NCBI GenBank assembly: GCA_040772485.1
Contig: JAXGYC010000011.1
Location: 1 to 64,000 of the forward strand
DNA: 64,000 nt
DNA from: Sedimentisphaerales bacterium
GTDB taxonomy: Bacteria > Planctomycetota > Phycisphaerae > Sedimentisphaerales > Anaerobacaceae
Direction of reading: 5' to 3'
Below are positions 28,681 through 39,226 of the stretch, one piece after another; the stretch's first letter is position 1, and every line of letters starts with the position of its first letter. The notes under the pieces were generated by a model. It saw nothing but the letters and a program-made list of their open reading frames with translations, did no database searches and was not told the DNA's origin. The translations under genes and the position numbers were made by a program.

Positions 28681-29973
28681 TCAGCGTGTTTTGGCCAAAG
28701 GCTTTCGACGCCACCACGTGGCCAGGATCGAGCCGGAGACGTTCATCCACGGTCCGAAGATGGCCGGCGCCAGCGCGGCCTTGGCGCTGAGGAGCGTCTT
28801 GAGGGCCAGGCCGGAAGCCATCCCGCCATTCTGGAGCCCCACCTCGATAGCCACCGTCCGGCATGCGCTTTCCTGGAGCCGAAGCAGTCGAGCGCCCCAG
28901 TAGCCCAGCACATAACCGATACCATTGTGCAGCATGGCCGCGAGGATGATGTACGGGGCGATCTTCATCAGATCATCACGCGATTGGGCCGTGATGATGC
29001 CGATGATCAGGCAAATCCCGGCCATAGAGACAACCGGCAGGACCTTGTCCATCCAGTTCTCGGGCCCCTTCAACCAGACACCGATCACCAGCTTGGCCAG
29101 CGCCACGATGCCGATCAGCAGCAGACCCACCACAAGCCCGTCCTTCCCGAGGCTGCCATTGCCGACCGTGAGGATGGCTTTCGGAGCATACGCCGCAATG
29201 AGTGTCGCGGCACCGACGCTGACGGTGGCAACGAGACCCAACATCCATCCCTGATGGAATACCCTGCGTCGGCCGTACAGCATGTAGTTGGCCAGCAGAC
29301 CGGCCACAATCGGAACGATGATCATGTTGATGATCGTGAACATCATCCCGAAGAATGGGACCGGGACCATCTTCCCCGCCAGCAGTTCCATCATCAGCGG
29401 CGTCATGACGGGCGAGGCCAGCGTCGAGCAGGCCGTCATGGTCACGGACAGCGCCACGTCGCCACCGGCCAGGTACGTCATCACGTTGGAGGCGACGCCG
29501 CCCGGACAGGCCCCGATCAGGACCACGCCGGCCGCCACCTCCGGCTCGAAGCGAAAACCTTTGGCCAGTGTAAAACCGACCAAGGGCATGACGGAAAACT
29601 GAAGAACGAAACCGACGAAGACCGGCCAGGGCATTTTGACGACGCGGGTGAAATCGGCCACGCTCAAGGTCGTGCCCATGCCGAACATGATGATCTGAAT
29701 CAGCGGGACGATCAGAATGGCGAGGTCGAAGCCGGGCCAGGTCATGAAGGCCGCCGGGTACACCATCGAAGCGGTCACGAAGGCGAACACCCATACCGTG
29801 AAGGCGAAACTCTTCAGAACCGGATGGCTCATGCAATACAACGCCAGCGACGCGAACGTCACGATCAGCGCAGGCCCCGAGACAGCCCGATGCCCCATGA
29901 CGAACGTGGCGATCGCGACCACCAGACCGACCGCCGATACGATCCAGCAGTGTCTCAATACCGAGCGTCCCAT
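28681..29973 (-). CDS. Bile acid:sodium symporter (BASS) family transporter
   Basis: IMFGMG.TL, CPGGVASNVMTYLA, EVGLQNGGMASGLA; start uncertain (29973 or 30006). Confidence 0.9.
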   Translation of the reverse strand: MGRSVLRHCWIVSAVGLVVAIATFVMGHRAVSGPALIVTFASLALYCMSHPVLKSFAFTVWVFAFVTASMVYPAAFMTWPGFDLAILIVPLIQIIMFGMGTTLSVADFTRVVKMPWPVFVGFVLQFSVMPLVGFTLAKGFRFEPEVAAGVVLIGACPGGVASNVMTYLAGGDVALSVTMTACSTLASPVMTPLMMELLAGKMVPVPFFGMMFTIINMIIVPIVAGLLANYMLYGRRRVFHQGWMLGLVATVSVGAATLIAAYAPKAILTVGNGSLGKDGLVVGLLLIGIVALAKLVIGVWLKGPENWMDKVLPVVSMAGICLIIGIITAQSRDDLMKIAPYIILAAMLHNGIGYVLGYWGARLLRLQESACRTVAIEVGLQNGGMASGLALKTLLSAKAALAPAIFGPWMNVSGSILATWWRRKPLAKTR

Positions 29974-30005
29974 TGGCAAGCATCTCCCCTGACTGACTTT
30001 CTTCA

Positions 30006-30091
30006 ACGGGTGGCAGCCTCAAGCGCAGCTTGGGGATGGCCCATCATTATGAACCATCCCCAAGTCCTACGGACTTGAGGCTGCCACCCGT
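30006..30091. repeat. Nested palindromic REP/REPIN-like intergenic element
   Basis: Perfect 18-bp outer inverted repeat ACGGGTGGCAGCCTCAAG (30006-30023 / 30074-30091) enclosing a perfect 11-bp inner repeat CTTGGGGATGG (30029-30039 / 30054-30064). Confidence 0.8.
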
Positions 30092-30106
30092 CTGCAGGCC
30101 CCATCT

Positions 30107-31474
30107 CTAACTCCACAGTCGGTCGTTCGAACGATCCTGGTTCCACTCCTCGGTGGGCGGGAACAGCTCTTGGCCGCGTTCGAGGTGTTTTTGGATCACG
30201 TCAAGGTTCAACTCGATGCCCAGTCCGGGTCCCTCCGGGACACGGGCGAAACCGTCGGTGTGGAACGGCTTGTCCACGCCGGTGACGAGGTCTTCCCACC
30301 AGTCGACATCGACGGAGTGGTGCTCCAGGGCGATGAAGTTCTCGGTCGCCGCGGCACAGTGCAGATTGGCCATGAAGGACACGGGCGTTCCGGCGAAATG
30401 CATGGCCATCGCGACGCCGCTCTACTCCGCGTAGTCGCCGATCTTCTTGGTCTCCAGGATGCCGCCAGCGGTGGCCAGATCGGGATGCACCATATCGACG
30501 GCGCGCTCGTCGATCAGTTTCTTGAAGCCGCCGTCGAGGGTATAGATGTCCTCGCCGGTCAGTAACGGCACATCGATGGCGTTCTTGATTTCCTTGAGCA
30601 TGTCGGTGTATTCCCACGGGACCATGTCTTCCAGCCAGGCGAGCGCATAGGGCTGCAAGGCCTTGCCCAGCTTGATGCAACTGTTGACGCCGATGTGCCC
30701 GAAGTGGTCCGACGCCACCGGGATCTCCCAACCGACCACTTGGCGGACCTCGGCAAAGCGTTCGGCCATCAAGGCGGCCCCTTTGTCGGACAGTTGGATC
30801 GCGGTGAAAGGGTGTTTGCCGCGCCAGTTCGTCTGGCTCGTCGGGTAGCTCAGCGCGCCGGGGGCATTGCGTATGGTCTGGATGCCGCAGTCGTACTTGA
30901 GAAATGTGAATCCCTGTTCGATCCGTTTCTTCAGGCCGGTCACCTGGCCGTCGGGCGTGTCGGCATACAGCCGGATTCGGTCGCGGTATCGCCCGCCCAG
31001 CATCTGATACACCGGCACGCCGTATGCCTTGCCCGCCAGGTCCCACAGCGCCATCTCCACGCCCGAGACGCCGCCGCCCTGCCGAGCATGGCCGCCGAAC
31101 TGCCTGATCTTCTTGAACAGCCTCTCCACGTTGCACGGGTTTTCTCGCAACAGGCGGCTCTTGAGCATCAGCACGTATTTCTCGCTGGCCCCGTCGCGGA
31201 CTTCGCCATAGCCGCAGATGCCCTGATTGGTGTCGATGCGAATCAGGGGGCAGCGCATCGGCGCCCGGGCCACCACCGCGACCCGCAGGTCGGTGATCCG
31301 CAGTTCCGATGGGCTGGAATTGCGCTGGACGTTCTGTGTCGCGCAGGCGATCTGCTCCTCGATGGGCGCGTCGATCATGCCCGCCAGGGTCAGGCCGGCA
31401 AAGCCCACCCCAACCGTCTTCAGCAAGGAACGTCTCGAAGTCGCCATCTCGTGTTGTCGCTCGTTCTTCTTCAT
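30107..31474 (-). pseudogene. Tat-exported mandelate racemase/muconate lactonizing enzyme (enolase superfamily), interrupted by one in-frame TAG
   Basis: ORFs 30422-31474 and 30107-30409 share a frame: ...IGDYAE-TAG-SGVAMAMH...; motifs EMALWDLAGKAYGVPVYQMLGG, WLED, TGED, PEGPGLG; Tat motif SRRSLLK. Confidence 0.8.
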
Positions 31475-31517
31475 GAGTCCTCTTCTTGTTGTGACAAAGG
31501 CTTCGATCGTGTGGGTG

Positions 31518-33116
31518 CTACCAGTTTCTGGTCTTGGGATCGAGCATCTCCTCGATCACCTGCTTCGGGACGGGCAGCTCGTTGATGTTTTTCTTGAGCC
31601 AGTCTCGGAAGTCCTCACGGATTTCGGGCGTCCACCGGCTGTCGATTTGTCCCGGCGTATACTTGCCTTCCTTCAAACGCTGGTGTCCGAACATGTCACG
31701 CAGGGTGATGGCCTCCGATTCAGTGACCACCTTCTCGGCCAGATGGGCGGGAACGAAGACGATCCCCTCGCGTTTGGCCAGCACCACGTCGCCGGGTGAG
31801 GCCACCGCCCGCCCGATCCGGATCGGAACGTTGATCGCGCTGAGCATCACTTCTTTGAGATAGCTGGGGTCGGCGCCCTTGTGCCAGGCGTTGAACCCTT
31901 CGATCTCCTCGATGCCTTCGAGGTCGCGGACGCCGGCGTCGAAGATGACGCCATTGCCGCTTCGGGCGTAGATCGCGTTGGCGAGGTTGTCGCCGATCAG
32001 CGTGCCGTCGAGGACCTTGCCGAACCCGTCGGCAACATAGACGTCGCCCTTCTGGAGCATGTCGATGGGCCAGGAATTCGAGTTGCCCAGGCGCCCTTCG
32101 GCGTGTCCCTGGTCCATGATCGCCTTGTTGAGGTCGGGCTGCATGGGCATATACTGCGCGGTCAGCACGCGTCCGACGATCGCCTCGTCGGGACGCATAA
32201 CCTGCCAGCCCAGTGCCGTCTCGTAGCAGTTGTGATAGCCGGCGCCGCTGACGATGCCCCAGGCCATCGTGACTGGCACGTTCCGCATCCGTTTGAGCAG
32301 ATCATCGGACACCATCGGCCGGCCGTCGGCCATCCGAGGCCCGGTCCATTTCGACGTGCACTGCAGCACGCGGATGGGACAGGACACCACCGGCGGTTCG
32401 ATGCCGCCATCGGCCGCCTGGATGCGGAGGTTGCGCCAGCGGACCTCGTAGGGACCGGCCTCGTTCCCGATGCCGTGCACCTGGAGGCCGATGATGCCAC
32501 GGGCGGTCATGCTGTCCCGCAGATCCACACAAGCGACATCGTTGACCCATGTCCGGATCCGGTCGCCCTTGCACTCGATGCGGTACTTGTTCCACTGGCC
32601 GTCCTTGAACGCCTTGCTCGCGACAGGATCGCTCGTCGTGCTGGCCAGCATGAAGCCGCGGCGCGCCTCGTCGTAGATGCTGCCCGAGGAACCGGCCTTC
32701 TCGGTGGCGATCTCCACCTGATAGCCATAGACGCGGTCGGCCGGAATCACGACCGACTGAGGCTTTCCGTCCCGGCTGGCAAACACGAACGCCATCTCCG
32801 TCGGCGCGATCTGACTGCGGACCTGCACACCGGAATTGAGCCGAGGGTCCACCTTGACCTCGAACTCCAGTACAAAGTCGCCGTACTGCCGATCCGTGCA
32901 GAGGAACGTGTTGGGGCTTCCTTTGACCGTCGTGCCGACGATCTCGTCGCCCTCGACGTGGTACCGGGCGGTGCCGCTGTGGACCGACCAGCCGTTCAGC
33001 GTCTTGCCATCGAACAGAGAAATCCACTGGTCCCGATCCTGGCTCCGAGCCGGACCTGCCCCCACGGCAGCGAGCAGCAGCACGATCGCCGCTCCAAACA
33101 CCCATCTACGATTCAT
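31518..33116 (-). CDS. Secreted DUF1080 (3-keto-glycoside hydratase-like) domain fused to an RraA-family aldolase-like domain
   Basis: N-half WISLFDGKTLNGW, NSGVQ.RS, GYQVEI, WNKYRI, GIIGLQVHG; C-half LIGDNLANAI, FDAGVRDLEG, PGDVVLA. Confidence 0.85.
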   Translation of the reverse strand: MNRRWVFGAAIVLLLAAVGAGPARSQDRDQWISLFDGKTLNGWSVHSGTARYHVEGDEIVGTTVKGSPNTFLCTDRQYGDFVLEFEVKVDPRLNSGVQVRSQIAPTEMAFVFASRDGKPQSVVIPADRVYGYQVEIATEKAGSSGSIYDEARRGFMLASTTSDPVASKAFKDGQWNKYRIECKGDRIRTWVNDVACVDLRDSMTARGIIGLQVHGIGNEAGPYEVRWRNLRIQAADGGIEPPVVSCPIRVLQCTSKWTGPRMADGRPMVSDDLLKRMRNVPVTMAWGIVSGAGYHNCYETALGWQVMRPDEAIVGRVLTAQYMPMQPDLNKAIMDQGHAEGRLGNSNSWPIDMLQKGDVYVADGFGKVLDGTLIGDNLANAIYARSGNGVIFDAGVRDLEGIEEIEGFNAWHKGADPSYLKEVMLSAINVPIRIGRAVASPGDVVLAKREGIVFVPAHLAEKVVTESEAITLRDMFGHQRLKEGKYTPGQIDSRWTPEIREDFRDWLKKNINELPVPKQVIEEMLDPKTRNW

Positions 33117-33201
33117 ACGGCACCCCTTTCACCTGTTGATGTCACGCAACACCGCTTCTCGGGCAAATGCCTCCAGGCGTTCACGCGCGTGTCGTCGCAC
33201 G

Positions 33202-34152
33202 TCATCGATAGCCCTCCCGTGTCAGCCGAATCACCGCGTCGACATTGTCACGGTCGATGATCGCCGCTCCCGCGTCGATATCCGACGGCTGGATCTGGTA
33301 ACGGCAGTAGAGCGCAAGCTGCACGACGGGATAGAACCCCTGGATGTACGGCTGCTGGTCCACGGTGCAGCGAATCACGCCGGCCTTGACCAGACGCAAG
33401 GTGGTATCGGACAGGTCGAACCCGGCCGACCAATACCCCCGGCCCGCGAAGTGCTGCTCCAAGGCCAGACCCGCCGCCTCGGTGTCGGATTGACCGGTCC
33501 CAAGGACGATACGGATGTCGGCGTGCTCGCGCAGCGTTTCGGCGATGCGCTCCGCGCCTCTGGCGGAATCGTTACCCGTGACGAGCACGGTCCATCGGAC
33601 CCCTTTGTCCTTGAGCACGTCCTGCAAGCCTCGTAAGCGGTCTTCGAGCGCCGAGACCCCTTCGTCGTGCATCGTCATCAGAACGTGTGCATCGGCGGAA
33701 ATCTCCGGCAGCAGTTCCGAAGCCAGCGACCGCCCCGCTTCATAGAGCCGCTGGTTAACGCTCGCAAGCCGGGCGTTGGGCGAGGCGTGGTCATCCACGT
33801 TGAACGCGACGACCGGCACACCCTGATCGATGGCCTCCCGGACCACGTCGTCAAACGCCTCCGGGTCGATGAGATTGAGCGCGATGCCGTCGTAGCCTTC
33901 CTTGACCGCCCGGCGCACCATCGCTGCCTGAGCCGGGACATCGACGCCTTCGGTGCCGAGAAAGTCCGCCTCCACGCGCATCATCTGTGCGGCGTCACGC
34001 ACACCCTTCTTCACCGGCCGGAAGAACTTGGCATCGACCGTGCAGGTGATGAATGCAAACCGCAGCGGCCCGTCCTCCGGCAAGCGGCTCGGCCGGCCCA
34101 TGCCGCAGCCGGCGACCATCATCGTAACAATCGACACTACAAGGAGCCGCAT
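33202..34152 (-). CDS. Periplasmic sugar-binding lipoprotein (RbsB-like)
   Basis: Lipobox MVAGC; GVPVVAFNVD, EDRLRG, AGFDLS, TVDQQPYIQGF. Confidence 0.85.
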   Translation of the reverse strand: MRLLVVSIVTMMVAGCGMGRPSRLPEDGPLRFAFITCTVDAKFFRPVKKGVRDAAQMMRVEADFLGTEGVDVPAQAAMVRRAVKEGYDGIALNLIDPEAFDDVVREAIDQGVPVVAFNVDDHASPNARLASVNQRLYEAGRSLASELLPEISADAHVLMTMHDEGVSALEDRLRGLQDVLKDKGVRWTVLVTGNDSARGAERIAETLREHADIRIVLGTGQSDTEAAGLALEQHFAGRGYWSAGFDLSDTTLRLVKAGVIRCTVDQQPYIQGFYPVVQLALYCRYQIQPSDIDAGAAIIDRDNVDAVIRLTREGYR

Positions 34153-34182
34153 GACGTCACCTCTCAAGGATCGACGGATTCG

Positions 34183-35823
34183 CTATCGGAACACGACATA
34201 CAGAACAATCATCGTCAGCGCCAGCAGCGCGCTGAGGAACTTGTAGTTGCCCAGGCCGGGCCAGCCTTTCTCGCGCAGAGGCTCCAACGGAGACTTCCAG
34301 ACCAGGGCCATCTTCTGCTCCGTCGGCTCATCCGGGAAGGCGAGCGAAAGGACGATCATCACCATCCCGCAGAGGCACGCGAGAAGGAAGCTGATCACCA
34401 TGAAGTTCAGGAACCCAAAACCGGAATGAGCCGTCTTGAACGCCGCCAGGAGCTTGGTGAAGTCCAGAAGGAAGACAACGAAGCCTACCGCCGAGCCGGT
34501 GATCAGCGTGATGAACGACGCCTTGGAAGAGGCTCTCCTCCAGAACACGCCGGCGACAAACACCACGGTGATCGGCGGCGCCAGGTAGCTGATCGCCGCA
34601 TTGATGCCCTGAAAGACCGTGGGGAAGCGGCCGCACAGGGGCGACCAGACCACCGCCAGGACCATTGCGACAAACGTCACGATTCGCCCGATCATCACAA
34701 GCTTGTCTTCCGACGTGCCGGGCGCCCAGCGTTTGTAGAGATCGTAGGAGAACAACGTGGCCGCCGAGTTCAGAGCGCCGGACACCGTGCTCATCAGCGC
34801 CGCCATCAGGGCGGCTGCAACAACGCCCCGCAAGCCAACCGGCAGCAACGTGCCGATCATGTGCGAGTAGGTCAGCGCCGCGTCGGGCTGACCTTGCTCG
34901 TTCAGCGGCAAAGCCGGGATCGCCCCCTTTCGAACCAGGGCCAGACAGACCAGGCCCGGCAGCACGAAGATGAAAACGGGCAGGATCTTGATGAAGCCGG
35001 CGAACAACGGGCCCGTTCGCGCATGGTTCTCGTCCTTGGCGCCGAGGACGCGCTGCACGATGGTCTGGTCGGTACACCAGTACCAGATCCCGATGATCGG
35101 ATAGCCCAGAAACACGGAATACCAGGGCAGCCCCGAGGCGTCGCCCGCCGGACGCAACACGGTGAGCTTCACCGGGTCCACCTGCTCGGCCAACCCGCTC
35201 CAGCCGCCGACCTTGACCAGACTGATCGCGGTCAGGATGATCGCGCCGGCCAGAAGGATGATCGTCTGGACGGACTCGGTGAGCACGACCGCCATCAGAC
35301 CGCCGACCATCGTGTACAAACCGGTGATCGCCGCGATCAGAACGATGCTCCACATCTTCGGGATGCCGAAGAGCCCCTCCAGGACGGTCGCCCCCGCGTA
35401 CAGGGAAAACCCGATGTGAATGAAGATCGCTGAGACGATCGACAGGACCGCCAGCCAATCCCGGCTCGCCCGGCTGTACCGCTTCTCCAGGAAATCGGGC
35501 AACGTCGCCACACCCGAGCGGATGTAGAACGGCGCAAAGAACAACGCCAGCGCGATCAGCGTGAACGGCGCCATCCACTCGAAATTGCCATAGGCCAGGC
35601 CGTTCGTATACCCTTCCTCGGCGAGACTGACCAGATGAACCGTCGAGATGTTGGTCGCGAACAGCGCCAGGCCGATCACGGGCCAGCGCAGCGTCTTGCC
35701 CGCGAGAAAGTACTCGTCCGCTCTGTCGCGGGCGCGCCGGCGCAGACCTGCCCAACAACCCAGAGCGAGGATTCCCACGATGTAGGCAACGATGATCGCA
35801 GTGTCGGCCCAACCGATCTGCAC
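34183..35823 (-). CDS. Sodium:solute symporter (SSS, SGLT-like)
   Basis: YFLAGK, LFATNIS, WYWCTDQTIVQRVLGAK, AALMAALMST; GTG start at 35823 after TAAGGAG. Confidence 0.93.
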   Translation of the reverse strand: MQIGWADTAIIVAYIVGILALGCWAGLRRRARDRADEYFLAGKTLRWPVIGLALFATNISTVHLVSLAEEGYTNGLAYGNFEWMAPFTLIALALFFAPFYIRSGVATLPDFLEKRYSRASRDWLAVLSIVSAIFIHIGFSLYAGATVLEGLFGIPKMWSIVLIAAITGLYTMVGGLMAVVLTESVQTIILLAGAIILTAISLVKVGGWSGLAEQVDPVKLTVLRPAGDASGLPWYSVFLGYPIIGIWYWCTDQTIVQRVLGAKDENHARTGPLFAGFIKILPVFIFVLPGLVCLALVRKGAIPALPLNEQGQPDAALTYSHMIGTLLPVGLRGVVAAALMAALMSTVSGALNSAATLFSYDLYKRWAPGTSEDKLVMIGRIVTFVAMVLAVVWSPLCGRFPTVFQGINAAISYLAPPITVVFVAGVFWRRASSKASFITLITGSAVGFVVFLLDFTKLLAAFKTAHSGFGFLNFMVISFLLACLCGMVMIVLSLAFPDEPTEQKMALVWKSPLEPLREKGWPGLGNYKFLSALLALTMIVLYVVFR

Positions 35824-35864
35824 GGAACTCTCCTTAGAGAAGAATCCTTTCACACAGCGTCACG

Positions 35865-35892
35865 GTAGGGGCGAATGATTATTCGCCCCTAC
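35865..35892. repeat. GTAG-type REP palindrome, copy 1
   Basis: GTAGGGGCGAAT-GATT-ATTCGCCCCTAC, perfect 12-bp stem, intergenic. Confidence 0.8.
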
Positions 35893-38800
35893 GGGTTAAC
35901 GTCCGTCCCAGTTGGCGGTCTGTCCGCGAGCCAAGTCCAGGTCGGCAGTAACCTGCCCATAGCGAAGCCGGCAGGGTCTGCCCGCAAGAGAACGAATGGT
36001 CGAGGAAATGAGCCGGCCTTCCTTCCACTCGATATCCACTTCGAAGCCGCCCCGGGCGCGGAGCCCTCTGACCGATCCGCTCGGCCAGGCTTTGGGCAGT
36101 GCCGGCAGCAATTCGATCCGATCCGTGTGGCTTTGCAGCAGCATCTCCGCGATACCGGCGGTGGCGCCGAAGTTGCCGTCGATCTGGAACGGCGGATGCG
36201 CGTCGAACAGGTTGGGGTATACTCCCCCGCCGTCCTGGTAGTCCGTGCCTTTGAATGCAACCGGCGTCAGGAGATTGCGCAGCAGCGTGTAGGCATGGTC
36301 GCCGTCGAGCAGTCGGGCCCAGAAGTTGATCTTCCAGGCACGGCTCCATCCGGTGCCGCCGTCACCGCGAGCGTTGAGCGAGACCGCCGCCGCCTGGGCC
36401 AGTTCGGGCGTGATGCGCGGCGCGATCTGGCGTCCCGGATGCAGACCGAACAGGTGCGAGACATGCCGATGCTGGTCCTTGGGGTCGTCGCGGTCGGTCA
36501 TCCACTCCTGCAACTGGCCCCACTTGCCGATCTGTGGACCGAGCAGCCGCTCCCGCAAGCCGGCCAGATGATCGCGAAACTCGCGGTCGATGCGCAATTC
36601 GTCGGCTGCCTCGATCGTGTTGGTGAACAGGTCCCAGACCAGCATCTGATCGTAGGTGACACCCTGCTCCTCGGGGCCATGCTCGGGCGACCAGCCGTCG
36701 GGGGTCACCAGTTGGCCGTCGGGCAGCGCGACCAGGCGGTCTATCCAGAAGTGGCACACTTCCTTGAGGATCGGATACGCCCTGTCGCGAAGATAGGCCT
36801 TGTCCTGCCCGAAGGCGTAGTGCTCCCAGAGATGCTGGCAGTACCACGCGCTGCCCGGCGGATTCCATCGCCAGCTTGAACCGCCGTAGATGTTGTTCTC
36901 GGTCTGGACGGTCCAGCCCCGTTCGCACTTGTAGTACTCCTGCGTCGCCCGCTTGCGGACCTGCCGCTGATTGTCGATGTAATCGACGAAAGGCACGTGA
37001 CACTCGGCCAGGTTGGTCGGCTCGGCGGGCCAGTAGTTCATCTGGACGTTGATGTTCGAATGGTAGTCGGACCGCCAAGGGGGATTGTTGCTGTGGTTCC
37101 ACAGCCCCTGGAGATTGGCGGGCAAACCGCCGGGCCTGGATGAACTGATCAGCAGATAGCGGCCGTACTGAAAGAACAGCTCTTCGAGATCAGGATCGTT
37201 CTTCCTGTCGCGGTGATAGGCGAGAATCCGCTGGTCGGTGGGCCGAGCCAAGGTTTCGTTTGAAGAAGCGCCCAGATCTAATTCCACCCGGTCGAACAGG
37301 GCTTGGTAGTCGTCGACGTGGGCCTTTCGCAACTCGTCATACGACTTGCGCGCCGCGCTTTCGACGGCCTGCACGAGACGTTCGTGAGGATGGGACCCGC
37401 GCCAACCTCGATCCGAACGGTTCACGTAGTTGGTGCCAGCGGCCAGCAGGATCGTCAGGCTGTCGGCGTTGGAGAACGTCAGCCTGCCATCGGTGGCACG
37501 CACGTCTGCCCCTTCGCAAAGCAGGCGTACCTGCGCCTCGTATTCAAGACCATTGTCCAATCGGCCCGACGCCATGAGACCACTGCCCCAGGTCTGAACC
37601 GGCGCATCGTGGGCGTCACTCAGCCCGAGAGTTCCGCTGTAGCTGCCCGGGCGGCTCGCCGTAAATCGCAGGACCATCACACGGTCGGGATGGCTGCAAA
37701 ACGCCTCACGCTCGTAGACCACTCCGCCCCTGCGGTAGCGGACACGGTGCGTCGCCGTGGTCAGGTCCAATTCGCGCCGGTATTCGAGCGGCGCCGCGTC
37801 GCCGCCTGCCGACAGATCGAGCACCAGATCGCCGAAATTCTGGTACGCGCCGGTGTCCTTCTCGTCGCCGGTCCACAGGCTCTGCTCGTTGAATTGGATG
37901 CGGACGGCGTCCACGCCGCCGAAGAGCATCGCGCCAAGCGAGCCGTTGCCGATGGGCAAGGCCTCGGTCATCCAATCGGTCGCCGGCTTGTCGTAGCGCA
38001 GGGCAAGGTCGGTCCGCGAGCCTGCAGGATGGGCTCTGGCCCATGCTGCTTTTTGGCCGCCTGCGAATCCGGCCAGGGCATAGACCAAGCCCGCCTGCCA
38101 GTTGATCGCAATCTCGTTGGTGCGATAGTCCTCCTGCTCGTCGCGCCAGCCGGTCGCAGAGTGTCCGCCTCCAATGACGTAGCCGGGCCAGGGCTGTTCG
38201 ATGCCGTCGGCCCCGCAGCGGCGGTCGTGCGGGTGCATGGCCGGATCGATTCCCAGCCCCGTGACATAAGACCGATTGTAGTAGTTGCGGCCGAACAGGT
38301 GCGCAACGGCGTCCAATGCGGCGTTCAGATATTCGGGCTTCGGCGAGAGCCTGTACGCCACCTGAAGGTTCAGCACCTGTCGGGCGGCCGTGCCGTTGCA
38401 GCCCCAGTAGTAGCGTCGCATCGCACGGCCGTACACGTCTTCATTGGCCTGGGCCACCAGCCGATCGGCGGTCGAGAGCACATCATCCCGTACACTCGCC
38501 AGCAGCTCGGCGTTCTTCCCCTCGCGTTTCGACAGGACGTAGGTAAACATCGCGAGATTCCGCACGTTGCCCCAGTCCCAATCCTCGTCAATCGTGCCGG
38601 CCTGAACAGGCCTCCTGCCGCGTGCAGGTGGCGCCGCAGCTCGCTCCTCGAAATCCTTCAGGCACCGGGCGTCGCCGGTGGTCTCCCACATCTCGATGGC
38701 CGCCCAGAGCCGGTCGTCGGAATCGCTGGTCTGGTATCCGCCCGTTCGGAAGTCGCCTTGCTGGAACCGCTTGTCTTCGGGGTTGGCCTGGAGAAAGGCA

Positions 38801-39226
38801 TAGCTGGTCCGAGCGGCATCGAGGCACTTCTGTGCGTAGGCGGCGTCGTACGGCTGGAAGTGGCGGGCGGCCACGGCCATCATCGCGACGAAATCGGCGG
38901 TCGCGGCCGAGCTCCACTCCGTGAAATAGCGTTTGGCTTCATCCTTCTCCGGCATGATGAAACCCGAGAAGCTCGTCCTCGTCAGCTTGTGTGAGACCCT
39001 GCCCGAGCCGTCCGGATACGGCATCTTCAGCAGCCAGTCGGTCTCCCACTTGAGCTCCTTGAGAAAGTCCGGATAGCCCGGCGCGGTGTCAGGAAGACCG
39101 AGCGAGAGATCCTTGAGCTTGTCCTGGAAATGGTCCCACGCCAGGAACAGACAGCCGACGGTGATCCCGGCGTTGACGGTGTACTTGCCGTAATCGCCTG
39201 CATCATGCCAGCCCCCGGTCCCGTCT

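Noticed and set aside
30422..30424. Genome-wide TAG reassignment
   Set aside because: TAG terminates many complete genes here (for example those ending at 22301, 22404, 25121, 27554 and 48441)
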